Origin: Cyanophora paradoxa CCMP329
Taxonomy: Eukaryota > Plantae > Glaucophyta
Length of the DNA stretch: 64,000 nt
Direction of reading: 5' to 3'
Assembly: GCA_004431415.1 (NCBI GenBank)
Contig: QPMI01000482.1
Coordinates: 124,001-188,000 of the forward strand
Positions 15,700-27,963 of this stretch are shown here, piece by piece. Numbering within the stretch: the stretch's first letter is position 1; each line of letters begins with the position of its first letter. The translations under genes were made by a program, and so were the position numbers. The notes below the pieces were generated by a model. It made no database searches and was not told where the DNA came from. It saw only the letters and a program-made list of their open reading frames with translations.

Positions 15700-17903
15700 T
15701 CAGCGCTCTAGCGTATCTAGCGCTCCGCAAGCCCCCCGGAAGCCTCGGGCGCGCCGGCGGCGAGGGCGGCGGCGGCGCGCAGGAGGGCGGCGTTCGCGGG
15801 GAGGGCTTCGGCGTCGGCGGGCGAGCAGGCGGCGAAGGCGCCGCACGCGCTCCGCCAGCCGAGCGTCCCCTCGGCCTGCGCCGCGCCCCGCAGGCTCAGC
15901 GAGTCGCCGGCGAGGCCGAGGGCGCGGGGGCTCGCGATCGGAGCGCGCGCGCGCCTGCTTGGCGATGGCGAGGCGGCCCAGGCGGCTGTCGTACGTGGCG
16001 AGGAGGCGGCCGGCGCCCACGGGGGCCGGCGCGAGGAACGGCGCCAGGAAGGCCTGCGAGCTCGCCGGGGGCGCCCGCAGGACGTCGGGGTGCGCGTACC
16101 CCGGCACGCCGCCCGCCTCCTCCCCCTCCCCCTCCTCCTCCCCCTCCTCCTCGTCCTCGTCCCACTCGGAGGCGGCGGAGGCGAGGGCCGCGGGGTGCGC
16201 CGCGGCCCCCGGGCGGCAGACGGGGACGGTGAAGGCGAGGCAGCAGAGGGCGGCGTGCGCCCAGAGGAAGCGCCGCGGGGCGCAGACGGCCGCCAGCGGG
16301 GCCCGCAGCGCGGGGTCGGCGCCGGCCGCCAGCGCCGCGAGGCGCCCGCGCAGGCGCTCGACGGCGTCGGCGGCCTCGTGGGACTGGGCGCGGGCGGCGG
16401 CGAGGGCGGGGGCGGCGGCGGGGTCGCGCGCCATCGCGGCCTCGGCCTCCTCCGCGGCGCGCAGCATGGCCTCGGGCCCCGCCACCTCCCGCAGGTACCG
16501 GCCCCGCGGCCCCTCGTCCGCCTCCGCCAGGTGCCCCTGGGGCCCCCGTGAGCGCCCCCTGCTATGCGACGGGGATGGTGCTGGGGAGCAGCGCGGCGGG
16601 GGCGTACGAGGTAGAGGCGGAGGAGGGTCGGCTCGTCCTCCCCCTCGAAGGGCGTCCCCCGGAAGTGCCCCCGCGCCCCCTCCGCCTCCACCTGCCCCCC
16701 CCCGCCCCCTCGGAGCCCGCCGGGGGGGCGCGCGGGCCGGGAGCAGCGCGCGCCAGCGAGGAGCGGAAGGCCAGAATCTCCCGCTCCGACTCCAGCACCC
16801 AGGCGCACCTCCGCGCCTCAGCCCGGCCCCGGCCCCGCCCGCCCCCGCCGTCCCCGCCGCCCGTCGTAGCGCGCCAGCCGCCTCCGCGCCTCCTCCCAGG
16901 GGCCGCCCGGGGGCCGCCAGACCCAGGGCGGCCCCGGCGCCACGCCGCTCGTGCCGGGCTCCTCGGCTGCGTTCGGCACCTGTCGGCAGCGGAGGGGAAA
17001 GAGGGCGCCAGGGACACGTGAGCGCCACGAGAGTGAGCTCGAGAGACGGAGGCCGGGGGCGCGCCTCGGGGGTCTCCTGGCCCGGCAGCCACTCCCCCGC
17101 CTGCGCAACGAGGCCCCGCGCCGCCTCCAGGCAGCTGCCCCCCGCCCCGTCACGAGCGGCGCTCCATGCGGGGGCGGGCCTAGAACCCAGAGCGGGCCTA
17201 GGCTAGACTTGTTAAAAAAAGGCTCGTCCAGAATGCGACGGCCGGGGAAGAGTGTATGCATGGGGGTGATGGGAAGGGTGTGTGTGTGTGTGTGTAAGGG
17301 GGGGGGGGGGGAGGGGGGGTGGGGGGGGGGTGGGGGTGGGGGTGCGGACGCGCCTGGCGAGGAGGCGCTTCTCGGCAGCGCGGAGGGCGAGGGCGAGGCG
17401 CAGGGAGCCGGGGCCGGCGGGCGAGGGCGAGGGCGCGGCCGGGGGCCCCGGGCAGGGCGGGGCGGCCCGGGCGAGCTCGGCGGCGTCCTCCTCCGGCGTC
17501 GTCGCGAAGCTGCGCGAGGGCCGGCGACGCGGCGCGCCCGTCTCAGAGAGGCCGCGCAGCGGGCGGCCCGGGGCGGGCCGGGGGGAGGGCCGGCGAGCAC
17601 CGGTTCAGGGCGCCCTGGAGGGTCTGCGCGATGTACCCCAGCGCCGCCAGCTCGTTCCTGCGTGCGCGGGGGAGGGGGCGGCGGGGAGGAGAGTCGGGAG
17701 GATGCGAGGGCGGGGGGAAGGGAAGGTGAGGGGGCCGCACCGGACGCTGATGAAGCCCACTCCCGGGGGCGGCCGCTCCCCCTCGTCTTCCACCCCTGCC
17801 CCCTGCGGCGGCCGTCAAGGAGCGGGTGCGGCAGGCATCGCCGGCGGCCCCGCGCGCCTCTGCGTGCAGGCCCCTGTACCCCCCCGCAGAATCGTCGCTC
17901 CCT

Positions 17904-17941
<38 letters not shown>

Positions 17942-19852
17942 ACCCCCGGCCTCCTCGCTCTCGTCGCTGTCGCTGCCGCCCGGGCCCCTGCCGCGCGGCC
18001 GCACTCGGACCTCTCGACACGAGCCGGCAGAGGCGGCGGCGCGGAGGGCGACGAACAGCGCACCGGGGGTGCTCGGGCTCGGGGCGGGCGGGGCGGGCGG
18101 CGAGGGCGGCGGCGTCCGCCTCGTCCAGCGCCCGCAGCCGCGCCGCGTCCATCAGCTGCCGCCCCGCGCCCCTCGCCCCTGCCCCGGCGCCCTCCCGCCG
18201 CCTTCCCCGCTCGCACCTCCCCGTGGATGCGGCCCGCGCGGAGGGTGTGCAGCAGCCGGCGGACGCTGGCGCCGGGGTAGGGCAGCGCCGAGGGCGGGGG
18301 GGGCCTGCGGGGACAAGGGCGGGATGGAGGGCGGGGGGCCCCGGCAGGGCGGGGCGGGCGCGCTCGCACCCCCCGACTGTGATGCAGACGGCGGGGACGG
18401 CGTCCTCGGGGATGAACCCTGCACCCTCCCTCGCGAGGGGCCCCCGCGAGGTTCCATCCGGCCGAGGCGCACCGAACGCAGTGAAGAACGTCGCGGCGCC
18501 CTTGTGCTCGCCGTAGCTCGTGAAGACCTGCGAGGGGGTACAAGTTAGCTGCAGGGGTACACGCGAGAACGCAAGGGGCGAGCGCGCACCTGCTGCCCTG
18601 CCGCCAGGTCCGCGCGGCACTGGAGGGTGCGCGGATGGCATCGGACGGGGAGGCGCGATCGCGCAGGACGGGAGCGCACCGTGACGACGAACGATCCGTC
18701 CTCATCGGTACCCCAGAAGGCATCGGGCTGCGAGCGAGACGGTCGCTCGCTCGTGGGTGCAATTCCGAGGGGCGCCGGTGGGATGAGCTGGGGACCTGCT
18801 CCCGGTGGTTCATGAGGTCCAGCCCGGGCGTGAGCACGAGGGTGGCCTGCCGCGGGGTACGGGTAAGCGGAGCAGAGAAAGGGGTAGGGGGGTGGAAAGG
18901 AGGGGGGCGCGCACGCGGGGGCAGGGCGCGACTTCGGTGAGGAAGCAGCGAGAGGCGACGACGGAGTGCGCCCAAAGGAAGTCTGCCCACGCGAGGCGCG
19001 GCTCCGCCAGCTCCCGCCGCAGGTACCCGCGCGGGCGTGAGATGCAGCACGGCTGCGGGCGATCGGGAATCCGAGGGGAGCACCGGTGTTGGAGGCGGAG
19101 CGCGGCGCGGCTGCGGATGACGAACGGGAGGACGGCCGACCCGCGGAGCTCCTCCAGATCCTCCCTGGGCCGCGTTTGAATTCGTCAGCGACGCCGCCGG
19201 TCGGGCGCTCCCGTCCGCGCGGGGGCCGCGCGCCAGCTCCAGTATATCGGGAACGGGAAGTGTTCGGGAAGCGTCCGGATGAACGGCGCCCAGAAGCAGC
19301 CGGGCCGGCGCCTGCGCAGCGCACGCCGACGGGGCGCCATGATCGGCGGCGGCGGCGGCGTCGCGGGGAAGGGAAGCTCGAGGCCCCGCGAACCGATTCA
19401 GAGCGAGGAACACAACCAGAGTCTGCTCAGCTGTCGGGACGGCGCAGAAGCGGGGCGGCCCGGCGCTCGAGGGAACGCACCCAGCGGTCTTTCTCGGTTT
19501 CGATGATTCGCATCCACTTCACGGTGCCTTCCATGGATACATCGTGCGGAAAGGGTGCGTCTAGCACCGCTCGTAGAGGCGCGCCCCAATTCTCCGGGTC
19601 GGCGCTAAGCTTGTTTGCGGTGAGGACAATCCGCGGCGGGAGCTTCGCCAGCGTGCTTAGCTCCGGCGCGCGCTCCGTGGCTGCTAGACCCCAGCCGACG
19701 TCCTGATCGGTGCGCGGGCGCGTGAGGGACGCGCGGTCATGGCACGGGCGGTGAGGAGCGCGGACCTCGTAGAGAGCGGGTCGCACGCGCTCCATACGCG
19801 CACCGTGCGACTGCATCCACTGCCAAAGCTCCCGGAAGCGCGCCTCGGCCAT
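15700..19852 (-). CDS. SET-domain lysine methyltransferase (Rubisco LSMT/SETD3-like), multi-exon, possibly with a second degenerate SET-like region
   Basis: FRELWQWMQSHGA, VGWGLAATE, LTPGLDLMNH and ADLAAGQQ-VFTSYG...FFTAFGF. A second RRFLWAHAALCCLAFTVP motif lies near 16230-16275. The 3' end is approximate. Confidence 0.7.
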
Positions 19853-20004
19853 TTGCGGTCTACACTGACTGCTCAGCGCTGCCGCGGCACTGTACGCAGC
19901 TTCCCGCTGCAGCTGCGCCGCCTGCCGGCGCCCGCGGCCTGCCTGGGCAGGGCCTGCGCGGGCTCCGCCGGGGTACAAGGCAACTTCACCGAAACCGTTA
20001 AGCG

Positions 20005-22144
20005 ATGCCAGGCGACGCAGACAGGCCGGAAGCGCACGAAGTGGCTGCAAACCTTGGCCGGCTTCGGACGCTGCTGCAGCTTGTCGGGGACCGCGAAGCG
20101 AAGAAGCGCCGGCTGGTCCAGCTAACCAGCGAGCTCGTAGCTCGAGAGATTGCCGAGGGAACGCAGCCATCGCCGCTCCTGCAGCTGCCAGCGGAGCTCT
20201 TCGACGCTGTCGTGTCGTTGCTAGACGCAGTGAGCGCGCGCAGCCTGTCACAGACGTGCAGGAGCGCGAGAAGCGCGGTGGCCAGGACCGGTGCGCCGCC
20301 TTGGAGCCCGGGCCGCTGGCCGCGCTGGATCGTTGACCTCACGCCCCCCCCGCAGCGTCGAGCGCGTGGCGAGAAGTGGCGTGCGGGGGCGACCTCGCCG
20401 CCGACCCTTGCGTGACGCGCTCGCTGGGCGCCGACCCCTCCCGCTGCCACGAGCGGGTCCGCTTCGCCAGCGCGCCCTTTGAGCCTCGCGTCCGACGGTC
20501 GCCGGGGCGCGCCCACGGGAGAGCAGGTCTTCGCGCACGGCTCGCTGCTGGGGCTCTTCCACAGGGGCGTGGACGAGGACGGGCGCGCCGCGACGCGCCT
20601 CGACGAGGTCGCCCTCCTCGACCTCGGCGCGCCCCGATCGAATCTCTTCCTTTCACCCGCATCCACTTCTAAGGAGCGGCAGGCGCGGAGCGGCCGGCGT
20701 GGCGGGTGGTCCGGCTGGCCGGGGCGCCGCCGGCGCGCTGGGGCCACGCCCTCGTGGTCATCGCAGGGGACCTCGCCCTCGTGGGCGGCGAGAGCGCCTC
20801 GGGCCGCGCCCAAACGTCCGCTCGCGACCCGCAAGCCCGCGCCCTCCCTTGCCCCTCTTCTCACAGAGAGCGCAGGTGCATGCTGCCGCTGGCCGCCCTC
20901 CTGTCGGCGGCGGCCGAGGGAGAGGCGCCTACCCTCCCCGCCTGGTCCCCTACCCCCCACTCAGCATCCTTCTCCCGCGCCCTCTCCGCCTGCTCCTGCG
21001 GTAACTTCTGCGACCGCGTACCCCTGCGCACCCCTCGAGCGGGCGGTCCGGGGGCCGCAGGCCGGGCGGGCGTGGTGCTCAGCAGCCGGAGCATGGGTAC
21101 CCCCGGGCCCTCTGGCGCGGCCGAGTTTCTCTTCGCCACGACCGTCCTCAGGGGTACGATGCTCTCTTGCATCGGACTTCCCTGTACCCCCATCGACGAT
21201 CTTTTCTATCAGCGCCGTCAGGGGAGGTGCACTCGTACTACGAGCAGCTGCCAGGGCCGGCGGCGGGGCGCCCCTCCCCACTCCTGCTCGCCTCGCTCCT
21301 CCTCCCCGCGGCCGGCGCCACGGATTTGGGTTCGATTGCGGCGGGGGAGGAGGCCTGGCGCCTGCTGCTCGTCCTGCCCGACGAGGCCCTCGAGCTCGCC
21401 GGCGGTGCGCGGGCGCCGGCTCGAGTCCCGCCCGCCCCGCCTCTCCCCCGCCCGACGCCGGCCCTTCCCCGCAGGCCTGCAGGAGCTGGTGCCCGGGTGG
21501 CGGGCGGTGCGGTGGCGGGCGGCGCGGGCCCTCCCGAGGCCCCGCCCTCCCCGTGGCCCTCCCCGACGCCGCCCCGCCGCCACGCCGCCTCCGCTGCCGC
21601 CGCCGAGCCGGCCCAGGCACCCGCCCCCGGCAGCCCCTCCCCGCCCCCGAGCCGACGGCCGCGGCCGCGGAGGGACGCCCTCGCCGGCGGGGGCGGGCCG
21701 CAAGAGGCGCCGCGAGGCGGCGCCCCTCTTCCCGCGCGCACTCCAGGCCGCCCTCGCCCTCCAGCCGCCCGCCGAGCCGCACGCGCCCGTGCCCCTCCTG
21801 CTCCTCGGGCCCGTACCCTTTCAGTACTCCCTCGGTTCGCCGGCCGCCCCATTCGCCTTCGCTTCCGCAAGGCTGCCCGTCCTGAAATCACGACGGCAGG
21901 AGGGGAGTCCGCGCCGGCCCCCGCCCAATGCCGGCTGGCGCCCCCGCCGGCGCCGGCAGGGGTCGATGCAGCCTCCTGGGGCCGGAGCGAGCCTCGCAGC
22001 CCCGAGCGCGACGCTGCGCCCAGCGGCGGGCGACGGCCTCTGCTGGTGCCTCTCGGGGGGGCGGGGGGCGCGCCGCTGGCGGCGCAGCTGCGGCCCTGGG
22101 ACATTGCCCGGCTCGCCGTCCTGCAGCTGCCGCAGGGCGCGTAG
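20005..22144 (+). CDS. F-box protein with Kelch-like repeats, multi-exon
   Basis: F-box LLQLPAELFDAVVSLLDAVSARSLSQTCR and Kelch-like PPARWGHALVVIAGDLALVGGE. Divergent from the SET gene (about 150 bp apart). Confidence 0.7.
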
Positions 22145-22328
22145 AGGGGCGTACACGTGCGCGAGCCTGCGACTTCAGGCCGCGCCGCGCTGCAGCTGCC
22201 TGTGCTGGCGCCCGAATTCTGACAGCTAATTATATAAGTTCGAGCTTGGATTAAGCTGGCGGCTAGCTGCTGGCATTTCCAGGCCTGCTAGCTTTAGGTT
22301 CGGCTCGAGCTCCGGGGCGGCAAAGAGA

Positions 22329-22501
22329 GGAGAGACAGCAGCTCGGAGTTCGGTTAAGCGCTCTTTCCAACTGAGCTACGCGACTACCGAACGCCTGGGC
22401 ACGAAGTCCCAGGCGTCCAGCATTGACGTCGCGGGGGGATTCGAACCCCCGACCTCTCGCTTAGCAGGCGTTGACGATGTATTCCTTTGCTAGAGCTCTC
22501 C
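22329..22501 (-). ncRNA. YrlA-like (Y RNA-like) circularly permuted tRNA mimic, copy 1
   Basis: Order on the minus strand: GGAGAG...GGAATACATCG, TAAGC, T arm GGGGG-TTCGAAT-CCCCC, CGCGAC [43-nt loop] GTCGCG, D arm TAGCTCAGTTGGAAAGAGC, GCTTA, then CTGTCTCTCC. The ends pair and there is no anticodon loop. Confidence 0.7.
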
Positions 22502-22611
22502 AAAAAGCTTCAACAGGGGATAACTGGTGGTAATCTACACAGCGATCGGACCTGCTGGTCGCGAGTTGTTGAGTTACTATCAGTTACTTGTGACGTTCGG
22601 TTGCAAAGTGA

Positions 22612-22745
22612 GGAGAGACAGGCGGCTCGGATTTATCTGAAGCGCTCTGCCACTGAGCTACGCGACTTCCGTCGCGGGGGGACTTGAACCCCCGACCTCT
22701 CGCTCCCAATGCGTAACGATGTATTCCTTAGCCAAAAAGCTCTCC
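22612..22745 (-). ncRNA. YrlA-like (Y RNA-like) circularly permuted tRNA mimic, copy 2
   Basis: Same order as copy 1. The acceptor stem CGCGAC/GTCGCG is closed by a GGAA tetraloop, the terminal stem is GGAGAG/CTCTCC, and there are compensatory changes relative to copy 1. Confidence 0.75.
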
Positions 22746-23045
22746 GACTAGTCGTGCCACGGTGGTAGACATTAGAAGGGTCCAGCCAGTAGACGGGCCG
22801 AGCGCGAGACCCGGGCAGCCTCTAATTACGTATACGTCCAGCGGTAGCGTCGCGGCCGTGATCTGCAGCCAACAGCTCGCCTTGTCAGTTGAAAGTGTCA
22901 GTGTCATCAAGTGACAGCTGCAGCCTGCAGGTAGAGGCACTGCTTTCAGCTGCGACGACGGCTCGCGGCCAGATCGCCCGGCGGCGTCGTGGGAGAGCAG
23001 CCCGGCAGTCTCCAGGAGGTCTTTGAGCATCTTCGAACCGCTTTG

Positions 23046-23628
23046 ATGCCGAAGGACAAGCGAGCGAAGCCGAGCGCTGGCGACCCGGAGGCGCCTGCCG
23101 CCCCTATCCGGGCAGATGACGACCCCTCTTCGTCCGCCGAGGCCCTGCCAGGTCCGCGAACGTCTTCAGGTGTTTCGCCACACAACCCGCGGCTTCGCTA
23201 ACGCGCAGGGGTCAGGCGAGGACGAGAAGCCCACCGCGTGGGAGCGGTGCACAGAGCCGTGGGTTCCGGGGGCGACGCCCTACGCCAGGAACCTCTGGCT
23301 CGCCCTCTTCCTCATCACCTCTGTTCTGTGCGCGCGCTGGGGCGCCGCCGGGCTGGCCGCGGGCCGCTCGCCTAAGCGCTAGCGCGCGTACGCGTGAGCT
23401 CCAGGCGCCCCGGCCTTGACTCGAGCGGGACGCCCGCGCGGGGGCGCCGGCAGGCTCTCGGCCGGCGGCCTCTTCTGGCACCTCTCGCGGGCGCCCGAGC
23501 AGGAGGCGCATGCGAAGCTCTGGTTCTGGCTGGCCGTCGGAGGCTTCGGCACGGGGGGCGCCTTCGGCCTCTGGCTCCTCGGCCTCTGGGGCTTCATCAA
23601 GCTCTTCGAGGGCGTCCGCTTCTGTTAG
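23046..23628 (+). CDS. Small hypothetical membrane protein, multi-exon
   Basis: MPKDKRAKP... followed by hydrophobic segments NLWLALFLITS and LWFWLAVGGFGTGGAFGLWLLGLWGFIKL. Confidence 0.5.
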
Positions 23629-23945
23629 CGGTGCTCGGCCCCTGCCCCGGCCCTGCAGGCTGCGCTTCGCCGAGCCGCTGCTCTGGTATAGGAGCCCAGG
23701 ACCCCGGGAAGGGCAGCCTGGCGGGCAGTGGTAGCTCCAAAGAAGGCTCGAGTACATTGGTTACAGTATCGACGGGGGCCGAACATCGGGTCGCTGTCCG
23801 CGCCGGCCCGGCAGGGGTCATGCACAGATCGAGAGGGGGCCATCGGATCGAGGGAATAAACGAATGCCAACTACTATAATAAACTGCCTAAGACTATCGC
23901 TGGACGGGGCTGCCTGCGTAAAGCTATCTAGCTAAGAGACACGTC

Positions 23946-25290
23946 TTACAGCTTGATCTCGTTGACCTGCACGGATCACGATCGCGTGAGTAGCGCGACG
24001 CGCACAGCAATCCGAGCTCGAGTCGGCTGCGAACCTTGCCGGTGGCGAGGTCGTAGACGCCGCCGACGATCTTGAGCTTGCCCTCGCGGATGAGGCTCGA
24101 GATGACGGTCGACGACTCGGCCAGCTGCCGCGCCTGGAACTTGACGTTCGCGATGGTCGCTGCGCGGCCCGAGGTCAGGCCCCCAGATCAAATCCGCGTT
24201 CGAAAAGGGGCCCACCGAGCTCGACGTCCTTGGGCGCCTCGCGGCAGGCCGGCTGGGCGAACCGTCAGCTTAAGGCAGAGGCGGGAGCGGAGCCGGCGTG
24301 GGCGCACCCGGATGTGGCTGTAGAGGGTGGAGATCTGCCCGGGGACGTCGCCGGCGGCGGCCGTCGCCTTGACCGCGCCGCAGCCGGTGTGGCCGAGGAC
24401 GTACCTACGCGCGGTGGACGGTCAGCCCGCGCCGGGCGCCACGGAGGGCGGGGGCGACGCACACGACCTTGGCGCCGAGGACGGCGGTGCCGAACTCGAG
24501 CGAGCCGGTGATCTCGGTCGTGGCGATGTTGCCGGCGACGCGGGTCACGAAGACTGCGGCCGCCGAGTCAGCGCCGGCTCCATGAGCACGGACGGAACCG
24601 CCAGATCTCACCATCGCCGAAGCCCGCATCGAAGATCAGCTCGACCGGGACGCGAGAGTCCGCTGCGCGCGGCGAGGATCCCCGGAGTCAGCACTCGAAA
24701 CTCGGGCCGATCTTCCACGACGTCGACCGCGGCCCATGCGCGCTCACCGCAGGAGAGGAACGCGGCGAACGGGCGCTGGCCGGCGGAGATCTCCGCGATG
24801 GTGTTGCCGCAGCGGTTCGGCTGCTCCGGCTTGCCGGCGACGAAGCGGGCGTTGCCCTGCGCTCACCGACGAGTCATAACCAGCTCTAAAACACGCGGCG
24901 CGCAGGCCGGGCCGAGCGCGCGCGGCGGCTCGCCTCGCGCAGGAACTGGAGCGCGTCATCGGGGGTCTGGGGGGCCGGCTTGCGCGGCGAGTCGGTCACT
25001 GCGCGCGCCGGCATTAGCATTATTAAGCTTGAAGAGACTGAAGGACGTCGGGTCGTGGCTGGGCCGCGCGCGCCGCGCGCGCACCACTCATAATAACACG
25101 GCGTTGGACGGCCGCGGCCGAGGCGCGGGGCGCGGCGACGCGGGCCGCGGCGAAGACGTTGCGGGTAAGAGCCGACATGTCTGCTGCTGTGCTAGGCTGC
25201 TAGGCTACCTGGACTGGCGAAGATGACCGGGCACGAACTGAAGCGACTTGAGCGAGCGCGCGGCCAAGGCACTAGACCAATAATGTTCAT
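23946..25290 (-). CDS. Beta-carbonic anhydrase with N-terminal extension, multi-exon
   Basis: GNARFVAG, GQRPFAAFLSC-ADSRVPVELIFD, FVTRVAGNI, GSLEFG, VLGHTGCGAVKA and KIVGGVYDLATGKV. The start is approximate. Confidence 0.9.
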
Positions 25291-25867
25291 CAAATTCTTG
25301 GGGGGGAAAGAGTCGGTTTGGGGTACAAAGCCGTTTGGTTTTTTGACGCAGGCTAGACTGTCGACGTCGACCAGCTGCAGCGAGCGAGCTCGAGCGAGCT
25401 GCGCGCTGGCATCGCACCCTGGCCATGGGTCGGCCGAAGCCGACCGCTCCCTTGACTCGCTGGAGGGAAACTTGCCGCGGGCCTTGCGGCAACTTGCGGG
25501 CAACTCAGAAGCGCGTCCCATTATTCAAACGACCGGGCAACCGCATGTCTCTCGGAAGCTCGGAGCGGTGTGCAATGCGCTTCCGAGCGCCGGTGTAAAG
25601 CGCCCCGAGCACGAATCCACGGGCCGGGGTTGCGTCATGCAGTCTTCGCCTCCAGCAGCACAGCTTCTCTCGACAAACGCGCGCGCAGCACGACGTCAGG
25701 AGACGCGCTCAGCCAGCACCGGCGAGCGCCTAACAGTGCCGCACGCGAGGTTGACGTTGAGCGCGGGCAGCGTCGAAACCACGCCACACGGCCGGCAGCC
25801 CGCCGGCGCCAGCGCGGATAGCATTCGTTCGTAGGCAGGCGGCGACTTATTCGCGCCGGCTGTGTAG

Positions 25868-27241
25868 ATGGGAGTAGAAGCGGAAGCTGGGAAGCTTCAA
25901 AGGCCCGATTTCTGGGCCGAGCGCCTTCGCGAAATTCAGGTCCGCGGTCGCGGGTCGCCCCCGCACGCTCTTTCCGGTCACGATTTCACGCTCGCGCAGA
26001 TCGAGATCGACCCGCCGATCTTCGCGCTCCGCGCTGAGGACGTCGAAGAGTGCGGCCCCTCCGGAGTCCCGCAGGTGCGCATGGCAGGACCTCGCTGTAG
26101 ACATTCTTCTCCCGGCTTAGGGGCTCCCCGCCGCATTCGGCGCCCGACCCTCCCCCTGTCTCGCAGCGAAGGAAGCGCGAGCGGCGGCGCTCGGTCCACT
26201 GGGGTCTCCCCTCCATCGCGGAGGCCTTGGACGACGGCAGCGTACCCCGCCCCCGCCGCGCCAGCTCGAGGTGAGGCTCCGAACTCCGGTACCCCTCCTC
26301 CCCGCCCCTCTCCCCGCCCGAGGGCGCCCGGGCGCAGCCTCACGATCGGCCGCCCGCTGAAGCCGGCTCTGCGGAGCGGCTCGTCCCCGGAGCAGGCGCC
26401 CGAGCCGCTGGGCTCGCTCAGCGTCCCCTCCCTGCCGGGCCGCCGCCTCCCCTCAATCTCGTCCGCCTGCACCCCCGCCGGTCCGTTGGAGGCGCCCGCC
26501 GGCTGCGGCCCCCGCAGGCCCTCGGCCGGGGCCGCCCCCGTGCGCGCCCCCACCACCGGAGTCCCCACGCCGCGCCGGCCCCGCACCCCCGCTCGCCTCC
26601 CCACCGTCCGCGCCCCCGCTGCCGACGGCAGCGCCGGCGTGGCCGGCGTCCCGTCGCCGACGGCGCCCTCCACTGTGACCCGCTGCCGCGCGGTCGCGGC
26701 GCGCCCGGCTGCCTGCGGCGGCATGGACGCGACGTGCTCGGAGCCGAGCGCGCTGGAGGTGGCGGGGCTGGCCGGGGCGCTGCTCGTCGACCTCGGCCTC
26801 GACCCCTCCTCCTCGACGAGGCCGCCGCCCCGCGCCCCGCGCCCGCGCCCGGGACCCGCCCGCCCTCCCCGAAGCCCGCCCCCAGGCTCGCCCCCCTCCC
26901 CCCTCCTCCCCACCGCCGCGCCCCGCTGCCTCTCCGGCTCGGGGTCGCCGCGCGGGGCCGGCGCCGCCTGGCCCCTCTTGGAGCTCGAGCTCGAGCTCGC
27001 GGGCGCGCCGGCGTGCCCCCCGAGGCCCCGGCCGCCGCTGGAGGCACGCGGGGGCCCCCTCCACAGCCCATCCCCCCGCAGGAGCTCGCTGCAGCCGCAC
27101 TCCCCCACCGCCCCCGCCGGCTCTGCCACCCCCCAGGCGTCGCCCTCTTCTGGCGCCAACCCGGCCCGCCGCCCCATGGCCAGCCCAGGCGCCAGCCCAG
27201 ACTTCAAATTCACTGCTTTGGCACTACAAATTCGAAGCTAG
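25868..27241 (+). CDS. Hypothetical Pro/Ser/Ala-rich protein, paralog A
   Basis: Shares DFWAERLRE(I/M)Q, GGARSTG, PLK(P/S)AL and AGLAGALLVDLGLDPSSSTRP with the gene at 28836. Confidence 0.55.
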   Translation: MGVEAEAGKLQRPDFWAERLREIQVRGRGSPPHALSGHDFTLAQIEIDPPIFALRAEDVEECGPSGVPQVRMAGPRCRHSSPGLGAPRRIRRPTLPLSRSEGSASGGARSTGVSPPSRRPWTTAAYPAPAAPARGEAPNSGTPPPRPSPRPRAPGRSLTIGRPLKPALRSGSSPEQAPEPLGSLSVPSLPGRRLPSISSACTPAGPLEAPAGCGPRRPSAGAAPVRAPTTGVPTPRRPRTPARLPTVRAPAADGSAGVAGVPSPTAPSTVTRCRAVAARPAACGGMDATCSEPSALEVAGLAGALLVDLGLDPSSSTRPPPRAPRPRPGPARPPRSPPPGSPPSPLLPTAAPRCLSGSGSPRGAGAAWPLLELELELAGAPACPPRPRPPLEARGGPLHSPSPRRSSLQPHSPTAPAGSATPQASPSSGANPARRPMASPGASPDFKFTALALQIRS

Positions 27242-27963
27242 CGTCACTAGTAGCGTGCAAATGATCGTCATAAAAAAAAGTCGGCAAGTCGCATTTTGCC
27301 CCCGCGTGGCCTGGCTCAGTTTAAATTTGAAGCCCTTGAAGGGCAAACCCCTCGTGTGCCGGCGAGCATCAAATGGCAAGATCTAGCTATAGACCATATG
27401 CATCCGATGATCGCGATCGAAATCGTTCGATCGATGTTATATAATTACGTTCTAGATCTAGAGCGCACAAACACATTCTTGCGAAACGTCAATCGGAGGC
27501 CCGGAGCGCGCGGATCGGAGGCCCGGACCGGAGCGCGCGCGACCGGGTACCGCCGGGGCGCCCCGGCCCCGCGGCCGCACCCGGGTCCCGGCCCGGGCAC
27601 CAGGCCGTCCGGCCCGGCGGATCCGCGGCCGCGGCCGGCGATCGCGATCGCGGCCGGCGAGCGTCGAGGCCCTCCGATCGCGAGGCTCGACTCCGACGGC
27701 TCCCTCGAGCCATGCCTCGAGCGTGGAGGGCCACTGGAGGCCTCGAGCCCATTAATATTGCCAGGTGGCAGGCTCGAGCTCTGGCAGCGCTAGGCGAAGG
27801 CGCGCGCCTCTACCCGGTATAGCTCTATAGCTAGCTGGCGTCGCCCTGGTGTGCCCTTCCATCTGTGTGAATCGGCGTCGCGATCGCAGAGGCTCAGTTT
27901 TAAACGGTTGCGAGGAACTTCGCGTTCGCATCCTCCGGCTCTCATGGAGGGTCATGGGTATAC

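Noticed and set aside
22428-22676. A single canonical tRNA with a long intron (5' half from copy 2, 3' half from copy 1), or Cyanidioschyzon-type permuted tRNAs
   Set aside because: No valid 7-nt anticodon loop forms and the acceptor stem is only 6 bp. The conserved repeat unit is bounded by the GGAGAG/CTCTCC terminal helix in both copies. Not fully excluded without RNA data.
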